A stretch of DNA of 53,014 nt from a virus (IMGVR_UViG_3300042914_003037:1-53014); one strand, 5' to 3'. Positions 27,965 through 36,636 are shown, counted from the first letter of the stretch. A program made the numbers and translations. Notes: a model not told the origin generated them from the sequence alone.

Positions 27965-28573
27965 TTGATGTTTTAACTCTTTTTTCTTCCACACAACCAA
28001 ACACTCATTAAATTGCGACCATTTACATCTATCCAATTCAGTTTCATACCCTTTAATTTCAAGATAGCCCCCTAATTCTTCTACCCAAAAATCTGGAGTG
28101 TAATAACTTATTTTATTTTTTAAGTTAATGTATTGAAATCTAATTGTATTTCTTTTCCAAAGAAAATTGTTCTGGTCTAACCATTTAGCTACCGCTAACT
28201 CCCACTTACCGTCTAAACTTACCTCGCCGGCGATTGGAGAAATGTATTTATATTTTTTACATCTTCCAGCTTTCGGGCTCCAACCATTTTCATATCTTTT
28301 GTTTATGTTAGTTCTGGCCGAATCTGCTAATCGTTTCTTGCCATCCACAGTTAATTTTCCTTTTCCATTCTTTTTGGAAATACTAACGGAATCGCTTATT
28401 TTTCTTGGGGTGAATAAACCATTCTTTACTGCTTGATTGATAAGTGTCTGGGAAGATAGATCATATAATTTGATTATGTCACGATATGAAAGTCCAGAAT
28501 CATACACGCGCTGAATTTCTTTCCAATCGTAATTTACAAATTTTTTATTATTCGAATTGTTTCTTTCCTTCAT
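27950..28573 (-). CDS. putative homing endonuclease, PD-(D/E)xK type
   Basis: WELAVAKWLD...YTPDFWV...YLEIKGY with N-terminal HTH-like part. Confidence 0.75.
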   Translation of the reverse strand: MKERNNSNNKKFVNYDWKEIQRVYDSGLSYRDIIKLYDLSSQTLINQAVKNGLFTPRKISDSVSISKKNGKGKLTVDGKKRLADSARTNINKRYENGWSPKAGRCKKYKYISPIAGEVSLDGKWELAVAKWLDQNNFLWKRNTIRFQYINLKNKISYYTPDFWVEELGGYLEIKGYETELDRCKWSQFNECLVVWKKKELKHQGVIP

Positions 28574-28703
28574 CGAGGGACATTGGCTGGAATAATTAGA
28601 ACAACATCATCTGCCTGACCCAAATTGCTTAATAGCATTAAGATTACATCCAAAATCACACTTCATTTATTTTTTTCTCCATGTGATTTTATTTATCAAA
28701 TAT

Positions 28704-28743
28704 TTGGTAGGGTGCCGATTTAAACCTCTCATCCAACTCACTA
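28704..28743 (-). pseudogene. 5' fragment of a Ser-like tRNA
   Basis: GTGAGTTGGATGAGAGGTTTAAATCGGCACCCT: acceptor strand and D-arm, no 3' half. Confidence 0.5.
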
Positions 28744-28748
28744 TATTC

Positions 28749-28828
28749 TGGTGGAGAATATCGGATTCGAACCGATCTGAATTTCCTCGGTGCAAGCGAG
28801 GCGACCACCCCAAGCAGTCCCATTCCCC
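28749..28828 (-). tRNA. tRNA-Ala(TGC)
   Basis: G3:U70, CTTGCAC loop, CCA. Confidence 0.9.
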
Positions 28829-28839
28829 ATAAAAAACTT

Positions 28840-28924
28840 TGGTGCCCCCCAAGAGACTCGAACTCTCACGCCTTTCGGCGCCAGGACCTAAACCTGGTGC
28901 GTCTACCAATTCCGCCAAGAGGGC
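28840..28924 (-). tRNA. tRNA-Leu(TAG)
   Basis: Cloverleaf, long variable arm, CCA. Confidence 0.93.
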
Positions 28925-28986
28925 AATCAATTATCTATTTAGCATTACTCACATTATAGTTCGTTGAACTATAATGTCAATAATTT

Positions 28987-29106
28987 TGGTGTCGCCGCTG
29001 AGATTCGAACTCAGGTTTCTTCCTTGGAATGGAATAAGAAATTGCTGAACGTACTCTATACAGAGTCACCCTTTTTTAAGCGTCCTAACCACTAGACGAC
29101 AGCGAC
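28987..29106 (-). ncRNA. tRNA-like RNA whose anticodon arm is replaced by the stem/WCAGCAA motif (copy 7)
   Basis: GTCGCTG/CGGCGAC-A-CCA, normal D and T arms, centre AAAAAAGGGTGACTCTGTATAGAGTACGTTCAGCAA. Confidence 0.7.
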
Positions 29107-29146
29107 AAAAATTCTGAACGGGTTTGCACCGTAATCAAAATGTTTT

Positions 29147-29204
29147 AAACAGAATGCTTTTTTTCACCAATTGAAAGTTGTGTAAGATTTGCTGTAAGCA
29201 TTCT
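29147..29204 (-). ncRNA. stem/WCAGCAA motif RNA copy 8
   Basis: TAGAATGC-TTACAGCAA..CAA-CTTTCAA-TTG..GCATTCTG-TT. Confidence 0.65.
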
Positions 29205-29210
29205 AAAATT

Positions 29211-29285
29211 TGGCGGTCCCAACGGGGGTCGAACCCGTTCCTGCGCCGTGACAGGGCGCTATCCTAGCCGGTAGACGATGGAACC
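29211..29285 (-). tRNA. tRNA-Asp(GTC)
   Basis: Cloverleaf with CCA. Confidence 0.92.
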
Positions 29286-29291
29286 TATATT

Positions 29292-29366
29292 TGGTAGGAG
29301 CATTGGGATTCGAACCCAAGACCAACGGATTAAAAGTCCGCTGCGCTACCGCTGCGCCATACTCCC
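29292..29366 (-). tRNA. tRNA-Lys(TTT)
   Basis: Cloverleaf with CCA. Confidence 0.92.
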
Positions 29367-29792
29367 AAAAATTGTTATCATATTTCAACACACTGATGGG
29401 CTTCTTTTAAGTCGAACTAACCCCGCACCCCAGTGATTTATTCCACTCTGTTCAGAGGTTGTTTTCAATGTGCTGAAATATGATATCTTAAAGACATCAT
29501 ATCCTACTTTGACTTTTAAAGAACTGTTTTGATGCAATACATAGATTGTGCATCAAACCTCAATTCTTGTCAATAGTAGTTTGACAATATGCTCACCAAC
29601 ACGAATTTCAATTAATCATCGTGTTTAGATTTTTTACAGCCGATGAATCATTGTCACGACATACGTAATAGCAACAACTTTACCTGACGATTTAATTAAA
29701 TAGATAATGTCAGCATCTAACTCATGTGTCTTACCACACTATATAATAATTTTAAAATATATATATTATTTTTGTGAGCATATCATCAAATT

Positions 29793-29870
29793 TGGAGTGC
29801 GGGGTCGGATTTGAACCGACGGTTTTCAGGATTTGCAATCCCGTGCAATGGGCCGCTCTGCCACCCGCAC
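29793..29870 (-). tRNA. tRNA-Cys(GCA)
   Basis: Cloverleaf, U73, CCA. Confidence 0.9.
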
Positions 29871-29876
29871 ACTAAA

Positions 29877-30239
29877 TTATAAATTACTTAAAGTTTTCCA
29901 ACCATATTTCTTTGCACAAGCAATACTAATTTTAAGTGCTGCTGCACATGGAAATCTATGATTCTTTTTAAAACGCCAGCCGTTTAAATAAAATTCTTTT
30001 AATACAGTATCACCATTCCAAGAATTGCGACTGGTCGTAATATAACCTTGTTCTTCTAACTGATCGCGCAGTTTAGTGAATTCATCATGATCTATGTTAC
30101 TGGTAGAGAACGACTTATCAGTGCCCTTAAGAACTTTGATAATATCGTCATGTGTGGGATTATTACGATCCTTAATCCAATCGTATTCTGTTCTAACAGT
30201 AACATCACAGATATATTCTTCCGATATTGTAAAATTCAT
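29877..30239 (-). CDS. hypothetical protein
   Basis: ORF with GGAG SD. Confidence 0.75.
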   Translation of the reverse strand: MNFTISEEYICDVTVRTEYDWIKDRNNPTHDDIIKVLKGTDKSFSTSNIDHDEFTKLRDQLEEQGYITTSRNSWNGDTVLKEFYLNGWRFKKNHRFPCAAALKISIACAKKYGWKTLSNL

Positions 30240-30412
30240 ATCTATTCTCCGATTATTATATGATCAAATGAGACTTAATATGGAATGATATGAGCAAAAT
30301 TACGAGTAGTGGACACTGCCCCGCACCATGCTCTACGCTGACTTTGGTTTCGAACCCTAGGCCAGTGTGCCTTTCTCTTGCTAACGCTGAAACACACTAT
30401 GTTATTGATCTA

Positions 30413-30799
30413 TTATATTTGGCGTGAAATTATTCTGAATCTTCGTAATTCATCTGTTAGTTTAGTTTGAGAATCAACCAACATTATACGCGCCTTGCGA
30501 CCTTCAAAAACAGTTTGGAGACGCCTTGCAAGGGAATCCTGCATTGCTACTCTGTCATTTATTTGACGCCGCACTTCAATCATAACAAAACAAGCATCGT
30601 TTGCATTTGTTCCTGACTTGTCTTTCACATATAGAACAATGTCGGGTCCCAATAGACGAACGCAAAATTCCTTAATTTCTTTTAACTCTTCAATGTCTAG
30701 AGGACCAGAGGGCTTGGGAGTAGGCCGCACACCCAGTTTTATCATTTGATTAGATTGGGGGATTAAGCCCCAATTAGTCTCGCTAAATTTAGAGTCCAT
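30413..30799 (-). CDS. degenerate minimal-nucleotidyltransferase-like protein, paralog of 6720-7046
   Basis: IKEFCVRLLGPDIVLYV...LARRLQTVFEGRKARIMLVD; lacks GS/DxD. Confidence 0.55.
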   Translation of the reverse strand: MDSKFSETNWGLIPQSNQMIKLGVRPTPKPSGPLDIEELKEIKEFCVRLLGPDIVLYVKDKSGTNANDACFVMIEVRRQINDRVAMQDSLARRLQTVFEGRKARIMLVDSQTKLTDELRRFRIISRQI

Positions 30800-31049
30800 T
30801 TTATATTTGCCTCACTTTTGGATTGATGCTGCACTTATTTATCGCATGTCTTCATTGCAGTTCTTCTTCACCATATTTCAACACACAGAATTCCCTGAAT
30901 CAACCCCCACTTAAAGCAACGGCGATCCATACATCAACTCACTTTATCGTTCATTGAGTCTGGAGTCGAACCAGAACTATGTGTTGAAATATAGTGCGAC
31001 CCATTGTGGGGTGAACTTCGAAACCACCATCTCGCCGCGCTTTAGACCA

Positions 31050-31754
31050 CTAAGCTACCGCCACTTTAGATTGTTTTCTTTTTTCCCAGGCCAACTTTGA
31101 CGCAACCGATAATTTTTGATTGTGATCCTCTGTTCGTTTTCTCTTGTGTGGGCTCTTTTTCTTACCTCTTACCTTATCTGCTTGCTTTTTAGCAACAGAT
31201 GGGTCCTTCATTGGGTTATTACTACTCATCCGAGTACTCAATATTTCCTGAGTATAAGATGATTTACAAATCACTGAACAAAATATTGTATTAGTAATTT
31301 TTAGATACGATGCGTTGCAATATTTACAAGTGCTCAATTTTTTTCTACCTGCAACCCATCCTTCAGGAATTACCACACTTTTTTCTATTTTCTTTTGTTC
31401 GCCCTGTAAATTTGTTATCCATTTAGTTCCGTGTTGAGAATTCCCTTCGGCAGTTTGATTTATTGACACCGCTTCGGCGTATTTTCTTCTAAGCCAGCCA
31501 TACAATTTATTTGATGGACGATTGACAATCATCACCCTTGCTGCGTAAATTAAAGAATGATTATCTGGATAGATTTTTATCAAGAGTTGATGAGCAACAT
31601 AATGTTCTTCTGGAGTTAGTTCGACCAGATTCTCTATCTCATCTGATCCACCCAAACAACGAGGAATAATATGGTGTATTTCCTTATATTCAGATTCAAT
31701 CTTTCTTTCTTTGCCTCTAGTAATCAGAGTATCGTAAATGTTCTTGTAATTCAT
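31050..31754 (-). CDS. HNH homing endonuclease
   Basis: EIHHIIPRCLGGSDEIENLVELTPEEHYVAHQLL; NUMOD-like basic C-terminus. Confidence 0.9.
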   Translation of the reverse strand: MNYKNIYDTLITRGKERKIESEYKEIHHIIPRCLGGSDEIENLVELTPEEHYVAHQLLIKIYPDNHSLIYAARVMIVNRPSNKLYGWLRRKYAEAVSINQTAEGNSQHGTKWITNLQGEQKKIEKSVVIPEGWVAGRKKLSTCKYCNASYLKITNTIFCSVICKSSYTQEILSTRMSSNNPMKDPSVAKKQADKVRGKKKSPHKRKRTEDHNQKLSVASKLAWEKRKQSKVAVA

Positions 31755-32490
31755 AGTAAAATGCTATAGTAGTTGGGGAGGTGAGATGCCCGCGAACTAC
31801 ACTATTATTTATCACAGTGCTATACAAATACTTCAATATGGTGGGGGAATTCCACCCCCTCTCAATGTGCAGGCTTGCTTACAGACGGTTATGTATTCCC
31901 GTTCTTCCCAACACCGCGATCTTTGAGTAAGACCATGTCTTAATGGTCGCAAGAGACACAGTGAGCAATCCCAACTTCTCATAGCCAATCAGCCACTTAG
32001 GTTAAACCCCGCGCCACTTACATGCTACCATATTTCAACACTCTACCCAACCTAGCCCGGGATGCTGTTTGTACATTAGAGGAGTGCTGAAATATGGCGC
32101 TGTATTTTTGCCCAAGGAGATTGACCTATTGTTCTTCTCTTCACACTGCGACAGCTTTGAACTGAGAGATCGCAGTAACTTGGAATACAGCATAACTTGG
32201 CGTACATGGAGATCATTTCAATCGTCTTTCGCTCTCGCAAGAGTACCCTCAATCTTCGGGCTCATGTACATAAACTAGTTGACAGTATATGGATTCTTTC
32301 CTGTCAGTCACGGAATTACTTCGAATAACCACGAGCATACTTCTCCGTAAAAGGGAGGTGCAACGTATCCGTGTCTTAAAACTTGATGAAGCATTCTGGA
32401 TTCGAACCAGAAGAGCGATACTCAGACCCTGCTAGCGGGTCATATGAGTGCTAGCACGCCGATACTATCTCACGCGATGCTTCAATAACT

Positions 32491-32579
32491 TGGTGGGTCC
32501 TGATGGTAACGCTCCACGAGGCAACTTCCTTACAAAACAATGCCAACGGATTTACAGTCCGCCGTAAGGGGCAGAACCC
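32491..32579 (-). tRNA. D-armless tRNA-Tyr(GTA)-like gene
   Basis: GGGTTCT/AGGACCC-A-CCA, GCGGA-CTGTAAA-TCCGT, short linker instead of a D-arm, expanded variable region. Confidence 0.65.
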
Positions 32580-32909
32580 AAATTCTTGCCGGTTACGCTT
32601 TCCGGCGCTGCTTGTAGTCTCCACAAATCAGGAGTAGTACACAGTCGTAAATACAAATTCTTGCCTGTAGTTCAACATGAAGGACTTTACATGCCTACAC
32701 CCACGTATTACGTTCCGACCGGGTTAGCCGTTGCAGACATCCTTCTGCACTAGGTACCATATTTCAACACACTACAGCTCATCTGAGGATTTCGACGTCC
32801 CCACAGGGTCCAGCACCACCTGGATGGTTCCTGCCTCTTGCGATAGCACTTGTGTAGATCCTTCCAACCACTGTCTACAAGCCCTTGGGTAGGCTAATGC
32901 GCTGAAATA

Positions 32910-32984
32910 TGGTACTCCCGAACGGTTTCGATCCGTCTTTTCCGCCTTGAAAGGGCAGCGTCCTAGCCAGTAGACGACGGGAGC
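32910..32984 (-). tRNA. tRNA-Glu(TTC)
   Basis: Cloverleaf with CCA. Confidence 0.9.
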
Positions 32985-33079
32985 AAATACTCTATGCTAA
33001 TTGTATAAAGAACTCGCTGATTTCTCAGCATGTTGACAGTATATCAGGACTCTGATTTATTGTCAAACTGTTTTTGTTT

Positions 33080-33164
33080 TGGTGCCCGGAGCCGGGGTCG
33101 AACCGGCACGCCGTTAAGCGAGGGATTTTAAGTCCCTTGTGTCTACCTATTTCACCATCCGGGC
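33080..33164 (-). tRNA. tRNA-Leu(TAA)
   Basis: Cloverleaf, long variable arm, CCA. Confidence 0.93.
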
Positions 33165-33170
33165 AATATT

Positions 33171-33247
33171 TGGTGCCCCCACCTGGACTCGAACCAGGAA
33201 CCTAACGATTATGAGTCGTTTGCACTAACCAATTGTGCTATAGGGGC
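33171..33247 (-). tRNA. tRNA-Ile2/Met(CAT)
   Basis: Cloverleaf, CGA-CTCATAA-TCG arm resembling bacterial Ile2, CCA. Confidence 0.88.
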
Positions 33248-33680
33248 ACGATCTAACTTACTATATTTCAACACACTATAGCTTCCTCTTGAGGCTCACT
33301 GGCCGTCTGACGCAGTGCTGGGCCTTGTACCCAGAAAATGTGCTGAAATATAGTATCACGCTACGTCAACGACTCTGAAAATCAGAATCTCAGTTGGCGT
33401 GATACAAAAACTCTATGCTAATTTTTAAAGATCGTCGCTGATTTCTCAGCGTTGAAGACAGTATATCAGAGTTCTGATTTATTGTCAAGAAACTGCCAGG
33501 TAGCTTAATGTGTGATTTCCACTACCCTGTTACTCTGTATCAGTCTAGGCAGTGTTCAAGGACTTTTGTCTCATGTCTTACCTAGCATCAACCTACGTCA
33601 CACTGTTTTCGACAGTTTGATAACTATAACAGAACCCTGATTTATCGTCAATTGCTATGCTCTGTAGGCTGACGCTTCAT

Positions 33681-33752
33681 AAACTCTAGGGGGATTCGAA
33701 CCCACCGTAACCCGCTCAAGGAGCAGGTATCCTATCCGCTAGATGATAGAGA
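33681..33752 (-). pseudogene. degenerate tRNA (loop TCCTTGA, no CCA)
   Basis: D- and T-arms recognisable, acceptor stem broken. Confidence 0.5.
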
Positions 33753-34504
33753 CTCCGATTTAGCACCGCGGCAACGGGGGTTCATCGGGTGAAGTAACAG
33801 ACCTTCTGACGATTGCCGCCATCAGCCTACAGAACACAACAACTTGTTAAAGAACTTCAGTGATTTCTCACTGTTAAAGACAGTATATCAAACTTCTGAT
33901 TTACTGTCAACTCCATTTTTCTCAATGATTAGATCGAAATGCACTCGCATCTGCTTTTTGAGCCGCGTGTTCTCCACCCTTGATTCCTAGACTAGTACTA
34001 GGGGTGTGTGCCCATTTACACTAGCACTTCGATCTAATCACTGATTGTTAAAGAACTACGCTGATTTCTCAACGTTAGAGACAGTATATCAAACTTCTGA
34101 TTTACTGTCAAGTTTCTATAGTGCGTTTATCAGCCCGCCCTGTTAGTTCAAGCTACGCACCCTTGCCGGATGCTCACACCGTTACGTGTGGAGGTTGATT
34201 CCTCTGTTGTAAGCCCCCGTAACGAGAGGCTTGCGGGCTGATAAACACACTACAGATTGTTAAAGAGCGACAGTTTACGCTACTGTCAAACGAAGGCCTG
34301 TGGGTTCTCAGGCTACCTCACACTAGACGTTATACTGACAACTGGGATTGTGCTTCCCGAAACAACCTGTAGCGGCTGTGGGAGTTTGTTGTCCCGCTTT
34401 TGTGCCTGCTACACTGTGACCCTGTTTGTTGTCAGTTCTCTAGCGTATGAATACATTATAGTTGAGACTTGATTTATTGTCAAGCATTAAGTTGTTAAGT
34501 TGTT

Positions 34505-34530
34505 TGGCGCGACTGGAGGGATTCGAATCT
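34505..34530 (-). pseudogene. 3' tRNA fragment (T-loop, acceptor strand, CCA)
   Basis: TTCGAATCCCTCCAGTCGCGCCA immediately after the endonuclease stop codon. Confidence 0.65.
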
Positions 34531-35325
34531 CTATACGCGATTTGATTTTCGTTTAAAACAATTATTTGTGTAGAATTCCAGAGCGTATCGTTTCATATAG
34601 TGATTTACTTTTTGCTGAGGCACTTCTAAAATTAGAGAGGCTTTTTTAACCCACCCAAACACGGAGAAGTTTATGTCAGACTCAAGTAATTTTTTAATTT
34701 TTGATAAAAACTTTTCATCGGTTTTTCTTTTTGTTTTTGTTCCCCTTGCCTCTGAGTTATTCATCAACTTATGCTGATCACGCAACATCTTTACATTGAA
34801 ATACTCAGTATAGTCTGGCTGTTCCCAACGAGTAATCAATTTTTTTAGGATTTCTTCATTGAAGCAACTAGAATAGTGCAATTCAATTAGTTTCCAGCCT
34901 GCATCAACAATTTCGTTGTGTCTATTTTGATAATACTCTTTAAGAGTGCCGTCTCTATTGTAATGCTGATTGCCGTTTATTTCAATTCCAAGTTTAATAT
35001 CAGGAAAAGCAATATCTATAGAGTAGTGGCGCGACTCTAACGGACTCCATTCTTCAACGAAGAGAATTTGCTGTTCAATTAAAAATTTCTTTACTCGTTC
35101 GCACGGCTCAGATTTGAATTTAGTGCTTCTCTTCCATACATGTTTGTCTGAGTTTTGCAGAAGATAGTTTATTCTACTTTTTGAAATTTTTTCTATAGTC
35201 TCAGATGTCACTATCTTCGCACAATTTACTGAGCAATACTTACTCCTTCTTCTGTCGTGAACTACTCCACAGCGTTCACAGTTTTTTTGTTTTCTAGGTC
35301 TAGACATAATTCGAACTTTCATCAA
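34531..35325 (-). CDS. putative homing endonuclease, Vsr/DUF559-like
   Basis: N-terminal CxxC..CxxxC; YSIDIAFPDIKLGIEINGNQHY...GWKLIELHY. Confidence 0.8.
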   Translation of the reverse strand: MMKVRIMSRPRKQKNCERCGVVHDRRRSKYCSVNCAKIVTSETIEKISKSRINYLLQNSDKHVWKRSTKFKSEPCERVKKFLIEQQILFVEEWSPLESRHYSIDIAFPDIKLGIEINGNQHYNRDGTLKEYYQNRHNEIVDAGWKLIELHYSSCFNEEILKKLITRWEQPDYTEYFNVKMLRDQHKLMNNSEARGTKTKRKTDEKFLSKIKKLLESDINFSVFGWVKKASLILEVPQQKVNHYMKRYALEFYTNNCFKRKSNRV

Positions 35326-35351
35326 CAGTAGTATTAATAAAAGTTCAAAAA

Positions 35352-35430
35352 TGGAGCCCCGGAGAGGATTCGAACCTCCATTGACTCCATTACACTGCTA
35401 CGCTTTAGAAGAGCGTTGTGGTACCGGGGC
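35352..35430 (-). tRNA. D-armless tRNA-Arg(TCT)-like gene
   Basis: GCCCCGG/CCGGGGC-T-CCA, ACGCT-CTTCTAA-AGCGT, canonical T-arm, 7-nt linker instead of a D-arm. Confidence 0.7.
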
Positions 35431-35605
35431 ATTGTTCGAATTTCATAATTAAGTTATTATATTGCTTTTTGATTTATTTGTCAACAGAAATGTTGATTCA
35501 GTCACTACTGTTTTGATTAAGTTGCTTTAGCAACTTTCGTTTTCTTTTAGATATAGCTTTGTCAGATATGTTTAACATCTAACACTCATACATGAAATTG
35601 TAAAT

Positions 35606-35874
35606 TGGCTCCCTGTCGTGGGATCGAACCACGGACCAACAGATTCTGGTTTGTGTGACTTTCGCCACTCCCTGGACTTTATCTTGACCATAGCATTTCT
35701 GCCTTAGGCCCCTGCCGTCAAGTCTCTACACGTTCCCATTTCTGGGCTTCGCTCGGTATTGCCATATGCTTTCGCACTTAGATTTCACCGAATTTGACAG
35801 GATTTTCAACTACTGTTTCCAGTAGAAGTGTCAATTTCTAACAGTCTGCTGCTCTACCGCTGAGCTAACAGGGA
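35606..35874 (-). tRNA. tRNA-Asn(GTT) interrupted by a group I intron
   Basis: Exons 35840-35874 and 35606-35645 join into a perfect cloverleaf. Confidence 0.92.
35646..35839 (-). mobile_element. group I self-splicing intron (194 nt, no ORF) at tRNA position 36/37
   Basis: 5' exon ends in U, intron ends in G; core AAATTCGGTGAAA, AATACCGAGC, GTAGAGACTTGAC, AAGATAAAGTCC. Confidence 0.9.
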
Positions 35875-35884
35875 ATTGTTTGAT

Positions 35885-35959
35885 TGGTGCCGGATGTCGG
35901 GTTCGAACTGACGACCTACCGCTTACAAGGCGGTTGCTCTACCACTGAGCTAATCCGGC
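35885..35959 (-). tRNA. tRNA-Thr(TGT)
   Basis: Cloverleaf with CCA. Confidence 0.93.
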
Positions 35960-36166
35960 AAAATCTTTGAAAGAACTAATTTATTTAGACGTAGTATATC
36001 ATCATCGGTATTTTTGTCAAACTGTTTGTTGTCCAAAATTTGTTGATGATTGCTAACGTCAGTAAAGATAACTCCTGTAGTGAAGGCACAATTCGTTCCA
36101 AGCGTTTATTGCATCGTCGTGTTGTCGTTGTATTTCGTTCCACTCATTCATAGTTATCTCCTTATT

Positions 36167-36249
36167 TGGTGCCCTAACTCGGACTCGAACCGAGAAGCCG
36201 AAGCAGTAGATTTTGAGTCTACCGTGTTTACCAATTTCACCATCAGGGC
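36167..36249 (-). tRNA. tRNA-Leu(CAA)
   Basis: Cloverleaf, long variable arm, CCA. Confidence 0.9.
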
Positions 36250-36256
36250 AATATTT

Positions 36257-36332
36257 TGGTGCTGCCTCGTGGGATCGAACCACGTTCCAAGGCTCTTCAG
36301 GCCTCCGCTATGACCACATCAGCTAAAGCAGC
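36257..36332 (-). tRNA. tRNA-Phe(GAA)
   Basis: Cloverleaf with CCA. Confidence 0.9.
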
Positions 36333-36346
36333 ATTATTTCATTATT

Positions 36347-36431
36347 TGGTGCACAAGAGAGGAATCGAACCTCCACGCCTTTCGGCACTACCACCTCAAA
36401 GTAGCGTGTCTACCAATTCCACCACATGTGC
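36347..36431 (-). tRNA. tRNA-Leu(GAG)
   Basis: Cloverleaf, long variable arm, CCA. Confidence 0.88.
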
Positions 36432-36463
36432 AGCGTGTATTCAAAGAACTTAGGGGTGACCGA

Positions 36464-36537
36464 TGGGGCGAAGTCGGGAATCTAACCCTGGCTAACTATT
36501 TCACAGATAGTTGTGCTAACACTACACTAACTTCGCC
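36464..36537 (-). tRNA. tRNA-His(GTG)
   Basis: G-1:C73, CTGTGAA loop, CCA. Confidence 0.85.
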
Positions 36538-36549
36538 ATCTGAAATATT

Positions 36550-36627
36550 TGGTCTGGGTGGCAGGCTCCGCCCCTGCGGCCTCCGGCTTCCAAAACCGGC
36601 CGTCTACTAGACTGACAATACACCCAG
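36550..36627 (-). tRNA. tRNA-Pro(TGG), atypical T-loop
   Basis: CTGGGTG/CACCCAG acceptor, TTTGGAA loop, T-loop GGCGGAG, CCA. Confidence 0.82.
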
Positions 36628-36636
36628 AATGTTCTT

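Larger units (their letters stand above)
29378..33354 (-). repeat. five ATATTTCAGCAC...GTGTTGAAATAT inverted-repeat-bracketed elements (29378-29483, 30870-30995, 32027-32097, 32756-32913, 33260-33354)
   Basis: Conserved ~14-16 bp terminal stem enclosing unrelated 40-125 nt inserts. Confidence 0.75.
33001..34483 (-). promoter_or_regulatory. tandem rrn-like promoter-boxB-boxA units (33001-33066, 33421-33488, 33844-33910, 34045-34111; boxA also at 34257-34270)
   Basis: TTGACA-17/18-TATACT, then GCTGA-GAAA-TCAGC type hairpin, then GTTCTTTAACAA / GCTCTTTAACAA. Confidence 0.8.
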
